A DNA stretch of 62,922 bases, filler included, from Klebsormidium nitens (lineage: Eukaryota; Plantae; Klebsormidiophyceae), in NCBI GenBank assembly GCA_000708835.1. It is 5 parts of 5 records of this genome, joined end to end, with 100 filler letters (N's around TTAATTAATTAA, not from the genome) between each part and the next. Parts side by side here need not be neighbours in the genome. Positions count along the whole stretch, not along the records: positions 38,406 to 55,798 come from DF237996.1; positions 55,899 to 61,535 come from DF238416.1; 3 more parts are not named here. One strand, given 5' to 3'. The translations under genes were made by a program, and so were the position numbers. The notes under the pieces were generated by a model, which was not told the origin of the DNA, ran no database searches, and was given only the letters and a program-made list of their open reading frames with translations. This document shows, piece after piece, positions 44,051-56,754 of this stretch (the stretch's first letter is position 1; each line of letters opens with the position of its first letter).

Positions 44051-47000
44051 GGTCCTAAGCTCATGCCTGAAGAGGACAAGACTCTGATGGATGAGGCCTA
44101 GACTTTCTTGCGTAAAACCTATCCGGAGCAGACCGCCGCCGCGTTGCGGGACTACCTGCTGTTCTCCTATGATAAGTTGCGGACCACGCAGGGGATGTTC
44201 CGTCGCCTCAGAGAACTTGTCCGGCTAAACAAGAAGACCGAGAAAGCCTGAGGTCGGGAAGTCGTCGAGAAGGCGGTGTTTGCCCTGAAGCCGGAGCTGA
44301 GGAGGGCGATCGAGCATCAAACCCTTAATTGGGGGGAGGAAGAGCTGACTCTGACGAAGCTGGAGGAGACGTGCCGGCAGATCGAGGACGCCCTCTACAC
44401 TAGGGAGCTGGGATGCGCGCCGGTAAAGATGGCCAAGGGAGACCTAGCCGGTAAATGGGGGGGGTGTCACTTTCTGAGGCGTCCTCGTCAAGGGGGAACG
44501 AGAGGAAGCGGGAGTCAAACGACGGTGGTGAAGCCAAACCCAAGAACCAGAGCAAGGGGGAGCGTCGGCGCGAGAAGAAGGAGAGGCAGGCCTACGCTGC
44601 GGGCCCGCCGGCGGCCTCAAGCTCAGGAGGGGAGTTTCCGGGAGACTGCTGGATCGAACTGCGGAAAGTCAGGCCACCAGAGAGCTGACTGTCGGGAGAA
44701 ACCCAAGGAGGGCTGGGACCCGGGGGTTATCTGCGCGCACTGCGGGCGCAAGGACTCCTACAAGAGCCATGAGTGCTTGGGGGGCGTTCCCGGAGAAACG
44801 CCCTGAGAAGTGAAAGAACAAGGGTGAGAGCGCGCCCAAGCCTGCCGGCAACCCCAGGGGAAGACCCAAGAATGCGTATGTGGCGCAAGACGCTCAGGAG
44901 GACTCTGAAGAGGAGGACGACCAATGGAGCCCCTTCACGGCTTGGTCGGCGACCGTGAGGGAGCGCCGGCGCATCTTCGGGCTCTGGCGGTAATGGCGGA
45001 CGAAGGGCCGCAGCTGCGTTGTAGTACGCAGGCGCAACGGGACACCACCCCAGCCGCGCGCGCGCGTGGCGAGGCTGACCGGCTGGCTGCACGAGCTAAG
45101 GAGGACCGCCTGCACAAGGGAGGTCCACCGCCGCCGTTCAAGTCCAAAGGGGAGCGGCGGCCGCCGCCGGAACCTGAAACCGAGGGGGAGGAAGAACCTT
45201 AGGAGGAGGTGCCGGCAAGAAGAAGGCGAGCTGTGCGGGGGGAAGAACCACAGGCAACCCACGAGGTTCGCCTGCCCCCTGCTTTCCAAGAGTATCACCC
45301 GACGGACGCGCGCTACCAGGGGCTCGAAGGCATGGACCTGGTGGGGGTGCGCAAAGAGCTGTTAAGACCCGCGAATGGGACCCATCCCGGGTGAGACTGT
45401 GAGGCGCCGGGGAGTGGCACCGGAGGCGCCGGCGCCGGTCTACTTCGCGGATGAAGCGGGCCTGTCAGGCGCGGAGGCAGGCGAGGAGCTAGAAGATCCA
45501 GAGCGGGCCAAGAAGCTGGAGGAAGCATACGACTCCGCGGCGCGGGCGCAAGAGTTGGCGATTGCGAAGCAGAACCTAAGGAAACGCCAACAAGCAAGAA
45601 GTCCGGAGGAAAAGAAGGCATGTAAGGGGAAGAAGAAGAAGACGCGCGAGAAACGGTGGATCTATGAGCCGCTTCACGCCGGAAGTGGTGGAGCGGCGGA
45701 TGAAGTACGAAGTCCGGCCGGACAACCCTCTGAAACTCATGTGGGGGGACGAAGCCGACATACACCTCACAACCGCCGGCGTCCAACCGGTCCTTACCGC
45801 AACCCTTGTGCGGGACACCGACCCCACGGCCCAGTTTCCCAAAGCCGAGCCCGTCAAGCTCTACCACGAAGTAAAACCCGGCATGGAGCAGCTGGTCTAC
45901 CTCTTCATCGCGTGGGGAGTCATGGATCGCCACATCCCGTACCACAAACCCCAAGTGCGCAAACCGAAACCCCAGGCAAAGGAGCCGCAGAAGTCCGAGG
46001 CAGTGGAGAAGGTGCGGGCGTAGCGCCAAGCCCGAGGACGAGTGGGCTCCGCCCAGAGAACGGGAATTGGCGGCGCGAAGAAGCGGGCGCATCCAATCAA
46101 GCGCAAGGTCAGAACGGGGTTTGAGCGGGATGAATCTGACAGCGAGTCGGAGGATTCCATGGACGACTCCATAGTGCGGGGCCCGAAGAAGAAGAGCTCC
46201 TCGGGGGTCAGTTCCTCAGCCGGGAGTTCCTCTGACGAGCCCGCGCAACCGGGTAAGGGGAAGGCCGCAGCGGCAGAGTCCCCACCGGCAGAGGAAGAGA
46301 TGGAGAAGGGGTTGGCCTACCCGGCGCTTGGTCCGCCGGCGGACGCAGGCGAGCCCTAGACCAAGAGATGGAGGCTGCGGACGCGCCGGCAGAAGGGCCA
46401 CCACCGCCGGCAGAAGAAGAAGCGGGGCATTACGAAGAGATGGGCGCCGCGGATCAGCCGGCCAGGGGGGGGAGCGTCGGGAGGAGATCCAGGAGAAGAC
46501 CCCCCTGATCCAGAGAAGAAGGGGTCCGAGTCCCCAGCAGAAGACGAGGCGACGCCCAAGGAGGAAGAAGGAAAAGAAGAAGAGGAAGGAATAAGAGGTG
46601 GCCCATGAGCCTGAGCGGGCAGAAGCGGAGGGGCAAAGGGAGCCGGAGCCAGTGCCGGCAGAGCGGAGCGGGGCGGTGAAGGTGCCCAAGAGCCGGGGGG
46701 GGGAGAATCCTCAAGCACAGAAGTAATCTCGGACAAAGAAGAGGCCCTTGAGGCCCCTTCACGCACGGACTTAACCAGGAGGACGGATTTTTGGATGTTC
46801 TCGCCAAACGCGGGGAACGCGGGGAACGCGGGCGTGGGGAAATGGAGAACCACCTGACCATCCTGGAGAGAGGATTTCTGCGCACCCCGGAAGCCCCGTC
46901 CGCCAGAACGCTCATAACCCAGAGCTGGAGAACCTCCCGCGCCGACCGCAAGAAGGGCCCGCAGTGGAACGAGCTCAAGGACAATGAGCTCCACGGTTAT

Positions 47001-50000
47001 CTCAAAAATTGGGCTCACGCTGTATTGGAGTACAAGCGCGCGAGCAAGAAAGCGGGGCAAGACGCTCGAACCATAATCTGGTACGAGTTTGTCTACCGGG
47101 CGCTGGCCCGGGCGGGGACGGACCTCTTGAAGCTCTTCCGCCGGCGACGGGAGCAGCGAGAACCCTAGCGACCAGACTTCGCCGAGATGGTCAGGCTGCC
47201 GGGCCGGATGTCCAATAAACCCATCACCAGCGAAGACCACGGTCGGTCCCAACCCCGACCACGAACTGAACCGGGGACGTGGCGGGAAGTGCGGGGAGTC
47301 GGTCAAGATGCCAATTGACCGGTGGCGGGCGCAGGCGGCAGAAACCTACGGCACGGCGCTGATCACGGGGTTCCTCAAGAAGAAGAAGAGGAAGCTGCCG
47401 GAGACGCCGGCGTTCGCAAAGCGGTACAAGCTGGTCGGCCTTTAGCCCACGCCTCCAGAAGGAATGGGGGAACTCGCACCCCCGCGGTCCAAACCCCTTG
47501 GGTCGATGCTGCGGCTGGCGCCAACTGCAACAGCGGTAGAACCAGCCGCCGCCGAGGAGAAGCCGTCGCCCAAGTCCAACTAGGAAGAAGCCCGCGGCCA
47601 AACCCAAGGAGCCGCCGGCGCCAAAAGTTGCGGTAACCCCAACAACCCCTCCGGTGCGAAGCTCTCCTAGGAAGCGGCAGACGGTCGCGGAAGAAGGGGG
47701 TGGGGCCCTGGCTTCCACCCCTAACGTGCTGGGTGAGGTGTCACGGGTGGCCGAGGGGCCGCCGGCAAACTTTGCGGCCGCGCAAGAGGATGAAGAGGAG
47801 CTGAAGCGCCGGCGGAAGGGGAAACATAAGGTGGAGGAGGCTGAGCCGGAGCCTGAGCCGGAACCCGAACCAAAGGCATAAGATGCAGGGGTGGAAGAAA
47901 CCGAGAAGACGATCTCGGCAGGCGCCCTCCTCCAACTTCGGCGAGAGGGCCTCGCGAACGACCCGTGGGCCCAACACCCAGACACGGACGAGCTGGAGGA
48001 CGACAGCTGGCTGCAAGAGGCGTTGGGGTCGACACGCTACCCCTTGAGAAACCGGAGGGGGAGAGCAGAACCCCACAGCCCGGTGAAACAGAGAAGGGGC
48101 GCGACAGCGATAGAAGGCGCGGCAGACCCGGTTGCCTCCGCGGGAAAGGTTTAAGTCCCGGTTGCCTTGCAAGGGATCACTCCCAAAGAAAGGGACCGGC
48201 AGGTCAAATGGTTTAGCCTGTGGTTGGACCCGCTGGGGGACATCCCGGGGTTCGACAACGAAGACGAATGGTACGAGCGGGTGCCGGTAGACGTGTCCCA
48301 GCTGGAAGGTGGTGCTTGAAGGGGAAGGGCTCCCCCGCGGAGCACATGACTCGACCCAGGCGGCCCACGCGCTGCTTACTGGTGGGTGAACCTAGAGCCG
48401 GGCCAAATCGCTTAGATGTACGGGGGTCCCAGCCTCCAATTGCTCCATGCCCAGGTGGGCTTGCTGCAATGTCTGCAGTGGGTTAAGCCCGCGGTGGGAC
48501 AGGATCGGAAGGGTCGCCGGGGCTACAGCAGCAGTTGCGGCAAGCGGCCCATGAATTGTTCCGCTCGTACGGGGGCGAACCACCCAATGCCGGCGGGTAC
48601 CCTGCGAGGCAGAGAGGCCTGGAGCCCTAGGAACCGGCTGAGGTGAGGACAAGGTCAGAGTCAGACGCAAAAGGTGGGGGTGCGAAGCCGGAAGGAGCAC
48701 TTGAGAAAGAAAAAATTGAAAAGGAGAGCACGTCGAAACCCGAGCGGACGCGCGAGGAGAGCCCGGACAGAACCGAGACGCGCGGAGAGTCCCAGTGGGA
48801 GAGTCGGGTGCGCAGCACAAGCGAGACGGTGTCCGGCCTGCCACGAACATGGCAAGGCCCGCCGGCACCTGAAGAAGGAGCTGGGGGGGAGCTGGTCACG
48901 AGGCAAAGGCTGAGTACGCCGGCTACAGAGGGGCGGAGTCAGGCTGGGGACGAGCAGACGTCGCCGGCAAAAGAGACGGCCCTTGTTGATGAGATGGAAG
49001 AGGAGTTCCCAAGGGAGGGGCAGGCGCAAGCGGAACCAGACGGGGAGGACCCGGGAGGGGGAGACGAGCTGGAGGAAGGTGGGATCCGCCGCAAGTAAGT
49101 TCCCCGGACCGTGCTTTCACTGCAAGGAGCGCAGACACTGCAAGGAGGAGTGCCCAAGCCGAGCCCGAGGTGAGGGCCGCCAACGCAAGACGCGGAGCGG
49201 GCCACAGGGCGCAGAAGCGGCGAGGGGCAGCGATCCGAAAGGGGAGGACCTAGACGGAGACGAAGCGATGGCAAGGGGTGAGCCAGCCGGGGAGGGTCGG
49301 GGAAAAGTACCGCCGGCGCAACCAGGGGCTCACGAGCAAGTGCAGAGAGATGCAGGACCAAGTGCAGGAGGTGCGCCGCCGCCGCCGCTAGTACCGGCGC
49401 GGCATAGGCGCAGGCTCACAATCGCCATGATGCTTTGCAAGAGCCTGAAAGCGGCGAAGCACCGGCGGCGGGGCCACCTGACGGCGGATCTGCTAGAGGA
49501 CCAGTTGGCGTACGTTGAGGCGCACTGGCCGGTCAGCATCCAGTTCGAATGGGGAGTGCCAGAAGCCCCGGGCCCCTACCCGCCAGAGTGCGAGCAAGAT
49601 CCGCACTTCTCCCATCCCGAATCCCACACTAGCCGCTACATGTACAGACGCCTCGGGTGCGAACCGCTGCCGGAGTGGGAGGTGTACTACCCGCCGGGGC
49701 ACGTGCCCGAGGGGCTGCGGGTGCATCCACCGCCGCCGCCACCGCCTCCACCGGCACAAATGGCAGTCGCTTTCAAGGGGGCCGCGTCCTACCTCGAACT
49801 GGTAGAGCCCACGGCGCGCGCCCTGCTGGCGCAAGAGATGAAGGGCCTACTAGCGTTCCGCAGGGACCGGCGGCTGGAGAGAGTAAAGGCGCCGGTGATC
49901 CGAACGGAGGAGCGCAGGGTGTGGGTGAACGGCAAGCCGCTAACGGGGACATCCATCCTCGACACGGGAGCGATGCCGTTGCTGATCGGGAAGAAGGGGA

Positions 50001-50404
50001 TGAAGCAGCTCGGATGGGGCAAAGAAGACATCATCCCTGACGGCGTGACGCTGGGGCTGGCGGACGGGAAGTCCCTCGAGCCATTCCCCCTCACCCGAGA
50101 GCCAGTGGAGTTCGTTTTCAACAAGGGGACCTCAGCGGAGACCTCAATCCGGGCGCGCGCAGTCGTGACGCAGGCGCCGTACGACTTTCTTGTGGGCAAC
50201 GTTGTGTTGTGGTCAATGGGAATGGTCATCAATGCGTGGCGGGAGCAAGTGCGGTACCGAGTGGGGTGGCGCCAAGGCAGAGAGCGCGCGGGCGAGGCAG
50301 AGGGCTATTTCCCGGTTGACTACGAGCGTAACGTGGGCATGGGCACGCTCTCGCCGGCTTTCTAGGCTGACGGCAATTGGAACCTCTCACCGGGGGGGGG
50401 AGAC
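44051..50404 (+). mobile_element. Decayed GC-rich retroelement: gag with zinc knuckles, long extra ORFs, aspartic protease; no RT seen
   Basis: C..CGKSGHQRADC and CAHCGRKDSYKSHEC (~44640-44780), CFHCKE..HCKEEC (~49110), ILDTGA..LADG..YDFLVGN (~49950-50200), a stop at 50365 and a G-rich tract. Confidence 0.65.
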
Positions 50405-50853
50405 GCGGACAGTGGGGAGCTAGGGGCGGACTTGACCTCAAGGATCCCCGCAAGTTGAACCAAGTCTAGTTCCTCGCTCGCATTCAGTGAAGACCTGAAT
50501 CATGGAGGGGCAGTCTCAAGTGCACTCGAGGTCTGCATCCAATCAATTTCAAGTCCCCCGTCCAGCTATTGAGGTAGCTTACTTACGACCGCATAGTAGA
50601 GCACAGTGCGCCACGCCAAGCAGTCCTGGTTATGACAGCGACTGATAGTGACTAATGAACTGTTTAGGAGTGATCTGAACTGAACAGAACTAAACATTAT
50701 CATTGCCGGCCCTGGCATACGTCTTAGCCAGTGGCATAATTACAATTAATACTCACCACATGCCGACACGTCGACAAACTAGCAAAAGCCGAAAGTTAAT
50801 ACGTGTGTGATTTTGCGATTACTCTTAACCATAGCCCAATCGTCACAATGCCC

Positions 50854-51141
50854 TGTTGACACTCCTCGGCTTGTTTTACGTCCTCCGAGGATAGGACAAC
50901 TGACGGGACATATACTCGTCACGAAGAGACAACACTTACTATCAATTGCTTTGTCGGACCTACTAACTACTCCGTACGAGACAACCAACTCGGATACGGC
51001 GTCGTGTGGGAGCTTAGTTACTACAAGTAATATACGGCTTCGACTGAATACTAAACAATAAGGACGCCCCAACTTAGCCCGTCTCGCCGTTTTTCCAGTC
51101 CTCTCCAATAATCCGCCACCGTCTCGGGCGCCTTCACGACA
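50854..51141 (-). repeat. Putative 3' LTR of the adjacent Gypsy element
   Basis: TGT...ACA ends; on the minus strand it is preceded by the purine tract GGGAGCCAGAGAGATA just after the chromodomain remnant. Confidence 0.55.
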
Positions 51142-54100
51142 TATCTCTCTGGCTCCCACGAGTTATGTTCTGGGCCATAACCCTTCCAGGATACAAGATA
51201 AAAGGCTCGAGGACGTCGTCCTCGGAATTCATGAACGAATCCACCTCAGACTCCAGAGCACCTTCCAATTCAATTAGGTGGTGGTGGGGGTTGTACGGTC
51301 CGTCTAATCTGTAAGGCTCAAGCAGAGATAGGTGAAATATATGATGAACAAGCCAACCTGGATTCATCTTCAGCTTGTACGCTACGGGATCCACGACCTG
51401 CTCGACTTCAAATGGACCAATCCATTTGGGGAGAAGCTCACGAGAGAGAGATTAACGTTAAGCTTGCCATGCTTAACGTTAAGGTACTTCGTACTCAAAA
51501 GAACCTTATCCCCCACAGAGAACGTTTTCTCTGTACGACGCTGGTCTGCATACGCTTTCTATCGCTGTTGACCTGCAATNNNNNNNNNNNNNNNNNNNNN
51601 NNNNNNNNNNNNNNNNNNNNNNNNNNNNNNNNNNNNNNNNNNNNNNNNNNNNNNNNNNNNNNNNNNNNNNNNNNNNNNNNNNNNNNNNNNNNNNNNNNNN
51701 NNNNNNNNNNNNNNNNNNNNNNNNNNNNNNNNNNNNNNNNNNNNNNNNNNNNNNNNNNNNNNNNNNNNNNNNNNNNNNNNNNNNNNNNNNNNNNNNNNNN
51801 NNNNNNNNNNNNNNNNNNNNNNNNNNNNNNNNNNNNNNNNNNNNNNNNNNNNNNNNNNNNNNNNNNNNNNNNNNNNNNNNNNNNNNNNNNNNNNNNNNNN
51901 NNNNNNNNNNNNNNNNNNNNNNNNNNNNNNNNNNNNNNNNNNNNNNNNNNNNNNNNNNNNNNNNNNNNNNNNNNNNNNNNNNNNNNNNNNNNNNNNNNNN
52001 NNNNNNNNNNNNNNNNNNNNNNNNNNNNNNNNNNNNNNNNNNNNNNNNNNNNNNNNNNNNNNNNNNNNNNNNNNNNNNNNNNNNNNNNNNNNNNNNNNNN
52101 NNNNNNNNNNNNNNNNNNNNNNNNNNNNNNNNNNNNNNNNNNNNNNNNNNNNNNNNNNNNNNNNNNNNNNNNNNNNNNNNNNNNNNNNNNNNNNNNNNNN
52201 NNNNNNNNNNNNNNNNNNNNNNNNNNNNNNNNNNNNNNNNNNNNNNNNNNNNNNNNNNNNCCGTTACACCAACGCTCAACGAAAGCAAGAGACGCAGGGC
52301 CGGGTGCACATCTTCCAACTTTTCACCTAGTGGAGTCCTTGGGTTAGAGCCGGAGTTAAGGAAAAACGGTGTTTGACCTGAAAAAGAGTGGAACGCTGAG
52401 TATGGGCAAACTCCGCTCGTGACAACAGAATGTCCCAATCATTTAGCTGCGCAGTGACAAAATGACGAATATACGTTTCCAGCGTTTGAATCACACGTTC
52501 TGTCTGAACGTCGGTCTGCGAATGGAAAGACGAGGACATAACGTGCCTAGCACCAATAAGCTCCGTCACCCCTTTCCAAAATGCACTCGTGAACCGCGAA
52601 TCACGATCTGTAATAAACTCTTTGCTCAGACCATGGAGACGCCAGACCTGATCGATATAGAGCTCTGCAAAATCCTTTAATTGCAGACAAGCCTTCCTCA
52701 CGGCAAGCTACAAAATGCCCCATTTTCGTCAGCTTATCCACAAAGACACAAATGCTGTCATTCCCACGAGCCGTCTTAGGCAACTTGACAATAAAATCAA
52801 ACGTGACAGTCGGCCAAGCCTTTTCAGGAACGGGAAGAGGCTGCAATGCACCAAACGGCCTGTGGCGCCGGGCCTTCGCTCTTTGGCACAAAATACAGGG
52901 CGATATATACTTGGTACTAACATCCTTTGTCAGAGGAGCCCACCAAAATAAACGACCAACTGCCTGTTTAGTTCTGCCTATCCCATAGCGTCCCGCGTAG
53001 TAAGTATCGTGAGATAATCTTTCTACGCAGCTCAACGTCATCAGGGACAACTATTTGGGACTCCTTTTTAAGAAAAAACATTTCCAGGTGGTAATCAGCT
53101 GGTTTGAGTCCAGGAGTCCGCCCAGTTCGCATCTCGCTGGACTTTCTCAGATGGCAACTCCCGACTCAGTGCCTTCAATAAAGGGCTTGAGCAAGAAATG
53201 ACTCAAGTCAAAAGTCGGACTAAAAACACTCTGGCCACCACGAACAGAATCAGTCTGGCCGGACACACTTCTGTTCTGGAACATTCTTTGGTTTGGTGTC
53301 GCTACCAGCAGCAGCGAATGCTGCACCGAAAGGCCGAGCCTTATCAGCGCCAACGCTCTGTAGCTGACTGGCAGTCACATCCCCTCTGCTCAACGCATCA
53401 GCTACATTACGTTCGCATATTCCCACTTAAACACCACGGTATTCCCATGGTATTCCCACTTAAAACACCCCAAAGCGCTGAATGAATTTTGACCAACGTG
53501 CTTGTCGCCGGGACAACTTGGTTGCGTCTGAAAGAAAGTGTTCGACACGTGGTCCGTGAACACTGTAAACTGAGCTCCTTCGAGATAGCACCTCCACACC
53601 CGCAAAGCATGAACAACAACCAACCAACATAGGCTCCTTCTTTGTGACTGTGTAATTAAGCCCTGCCGAGTTCAACTTACGAGACTCAAATGCAATAGGA
53701 TGACCATCTTGCAGCACCAAGACCATGGTCAGAAGCATCCGTGATAACTTCATAGGGCTTCTTCTCATCTGGAGTCCTAAGCAACGGAGCTTCAACCAGA
53801 CTACGTTTAAGCTTCTCAAAAGCATCTTCACACCGTCCAGTCCAAACCCAACCAACATACGTCTTCGTCAAGTTCGTAAGAGGCACTGCTATGGAAGAGC
53901 AGTGATCTATGAACTTGCGAAAAATGTTACAGAGTCCCAGAAACGAACGCACATCATGAACGTTTTTGGGCACATGCCTAGATTGGACATCACTGACTTT
54001 CTTGGGATCAGGACGAATGATGCAATATGCCCCAGATACCGAATCTCAGTCTGAGCGAAGCGGGATTTAGCCTTTGTCACGTAAAACTGCTCGCGACGCA

Positions 54101-55791
54101 GAACATCCATAAGAAGACGCACGTGCGCTTGATGCTCTTCCTCAGACTTCGAAAATATCAGAATGTCGTCAAGATCGATACACAAGGACAAACTTCTTCA
54201 GATAAGGCGCAAAGATAGAGTTCATAACAGTTTGAAACGTCGCCGGAGCATTCGTTAGACCCTCAATCAACACCTTAGATTGAAAGTGTCCGAAAGGTGT
54301 ACGGAAAGCTGTCTTCGGACGATCTTCCTCAGAAATCAGAATCTGATGATACCCAGACGTCAGATCAAGAGAAGGGAAATACTGCGAACCGCTCATAGCA
54401 TCCAACAGATCGTCAATGCGAGGAACCGTACAACGAGTCTTCACAGTTTTCGAGTTCAGTGCTCGATAATCAACAGATAGACGAAGACCACGCCCGTTGA
54501 GATTAGGGACAAAGAACACAGGCGCACCATACGGACACTGGAAAACTTCCAGGATCCCAGCCTTAAGAAACGCGGTGACCTGCTTTTCCAACTCACGATA
54601 TTTCAATGGAGATAAGCGGTACATGTGCCGAAACGTAGGCGGGTGCCCTTGCCAAAACGTAGGCGGATGCTCTCGCTCTGTAGAAATACCATGACCTTCT
54701 GCACGTTCAGGAGGCAGAGCAACCGGCAGAGGATCCTGAAATACGTCAGAAAACTCAAACAACAAATCAGAAACCCATTTCTTCTCACTTGAGACTGGGT
54801 CGCTCGGTTGGACTGGTTGGACGGTTGGCTCAGACATTGTAGTGGCATGATCTTGGTTGCCTCCAATCACAGAGCCTGCTACGGTAGCGGTAGGACACGT
54901 GGCAGCGTCTGGGTCAATGGGCTTCAATGACGCCAGATACACACTCGCGCCACGCTTCACCAACCGCTTCAACTGCGAATGTGACAACACATCGGGATTA
55001 GACTTTTCATCATTGTCAGAACGTGAACGAGGAAGAGGGGGACTACGAACAGTCAACTGCCTTTTCCCTTTTTGAATCATGACAACACTTTTGCCATAAT
55101 GCAGAATGCAGTTGTACCTAGTCATGAACTCATCACCTACTAGGAAAATATCAACTTCGAACAACAGGTTCATTACGTAGCACTTCACAGGCTTGTGAAA
55201 TGCTCGTAACTAAACATACACAGCTGCCCCACCCAAAGCCTCGCCAACGACGTTATCTGCCAAACGAACTTTCTGAGCAATAGGGCTTACCGTTATGCCT
55301 GTTCGCTTAGCAGATTTGGGAGCGACAAAGTTCACTAACACTCCAGAATCAAACAGGACTCGGATGTTGGCCTTCTGAGCAGCTGCCTTACCGGAAAACA
55401 TCGTGGCAACTTAGCTGAGCCCTTCCGCAAGGCTGCAAGAATATTCGCTGTCAACAAACCTGATTCAGCAGATACCTTGTCAGCGACAAAAGCAAGATAC
55501 AACACTCGCAACTTCTGAGGACTTCGCACAACAGACCACGTATTTTCTGATTGCAACTGTCGAACCAACCCACCTTTTGGAACTGTCAGCACAACACCAA
55601 AATCCTTCAGCAATGGCAATGCAACAGGCATGTCGGGCCGTATGCACTCGATAGGATATCGCCTCGGAAAGTCGAATATACTTGCTGCAAACAGCTTTGC
55701 ATATAAGTGAAAAATCGAAATAAGTATTGTACATGCTAGCTAGTAATCCATGCGGTATTGTTACCTTAGAAATCGCCTTGCTCGGAAACAT
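51134..55791 (-). mobile_element. Degenerate Ty3/Gypsy (chromovirus) pol: protease, RT, RNase H, integrase, chromodomain remnant
   Basis: LFDSG, VDYRALN, PRIDDL, LDL.SGYHQI, KTAF.TPFG, IDLDDIL, TDASD, FTDH, HD..YAG..G, VTFDFI.KLP and VDKLTK. Many frameshifts and one gap. Confidence 0.92.
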
Positions 55792-56754
55792 GCTAGCTNN
55801 NNNNNNNNNNNNNNNNNNNNNNNNNNNNNNNNNNNNNNNNNNTTAATTAATTAANNNNNNNNNNNNNNNNNNNNNNNNNNNNNNNNNNNNNNNNNNNNCC
55901 GCACCGCGGTTTAGCATTTATTTATTTATTCTAGCTCGGTTTTTTTTGTTATTTGTTATGAACAGTCCAAAGGGTAGTGAGTAGAGATCAAATGTGAAAA
56001 GAATGCAATTCATCAGCTGGAAATTGCAGACTCGCAGACACCCAAGGGTGAAGCGTGAACTCCCGGGTACAAGTTGCCTGGTCAGCGGGGGATCCCTTGA
56101 CGCGCGGCGGCCTGTTGGCCAGCGCTCGTGGAGCGAACAAGTCAATCAGTCAATTACTTTTGACAGACTTCGATGTAGGATAGATTAGTGTTAGAAGCTC
56201 CCATTTGAGTGAGGCTCGCATGCAAGTCGATTGAAAACACTCATAAGCGTTGCCTATAACGAGCTCGAACCTATAAGAATGTAAGATGAGTTGCCTCTAG
56301 AAGTAGAACTCGGCGTATACGCATCGAGTTGCTTATGGTAGTTCTATGCTCTTTTTGGGATCTGTAGGAGCATAGGATGAGAACCATCGACACATCCCAT
56401 CTCCGTACCGGTAAAACGGTCGGATTGTTTAAATAACACCATTACTCGGTAGAGTCAGCCTTTACTCCTACTGGCCTCTACTGAAATTGTACATTGAGTA
56501 AGGTATCCTTATCTGCAAGAGAAGCAATTCTGATTCAAAAGCTGCTTGTTTGAGGCTCGATTTAGCTCTCTATATGTGCAGGATCTCAATAAGTGTCTGA
56601 ATCAGGACAATTGGACAATTTAACGCCGTTGTGTCACTCATGCAACTTTTTGATTGTTGCTGCACACATCCGACATGATGCTATTCCGGGGCCGCTCACG
56701 GCTTGCAGCGAATTAAGAGAGATTGGTTGCATGCACAGCTTCGCTCGACACGGC

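Noticed and set aside
55899-56600. 5' LTR of the 51-55.8 kb Gypsy element
   Set aside because: No similarity to the 50854-51141 LTR candidate.
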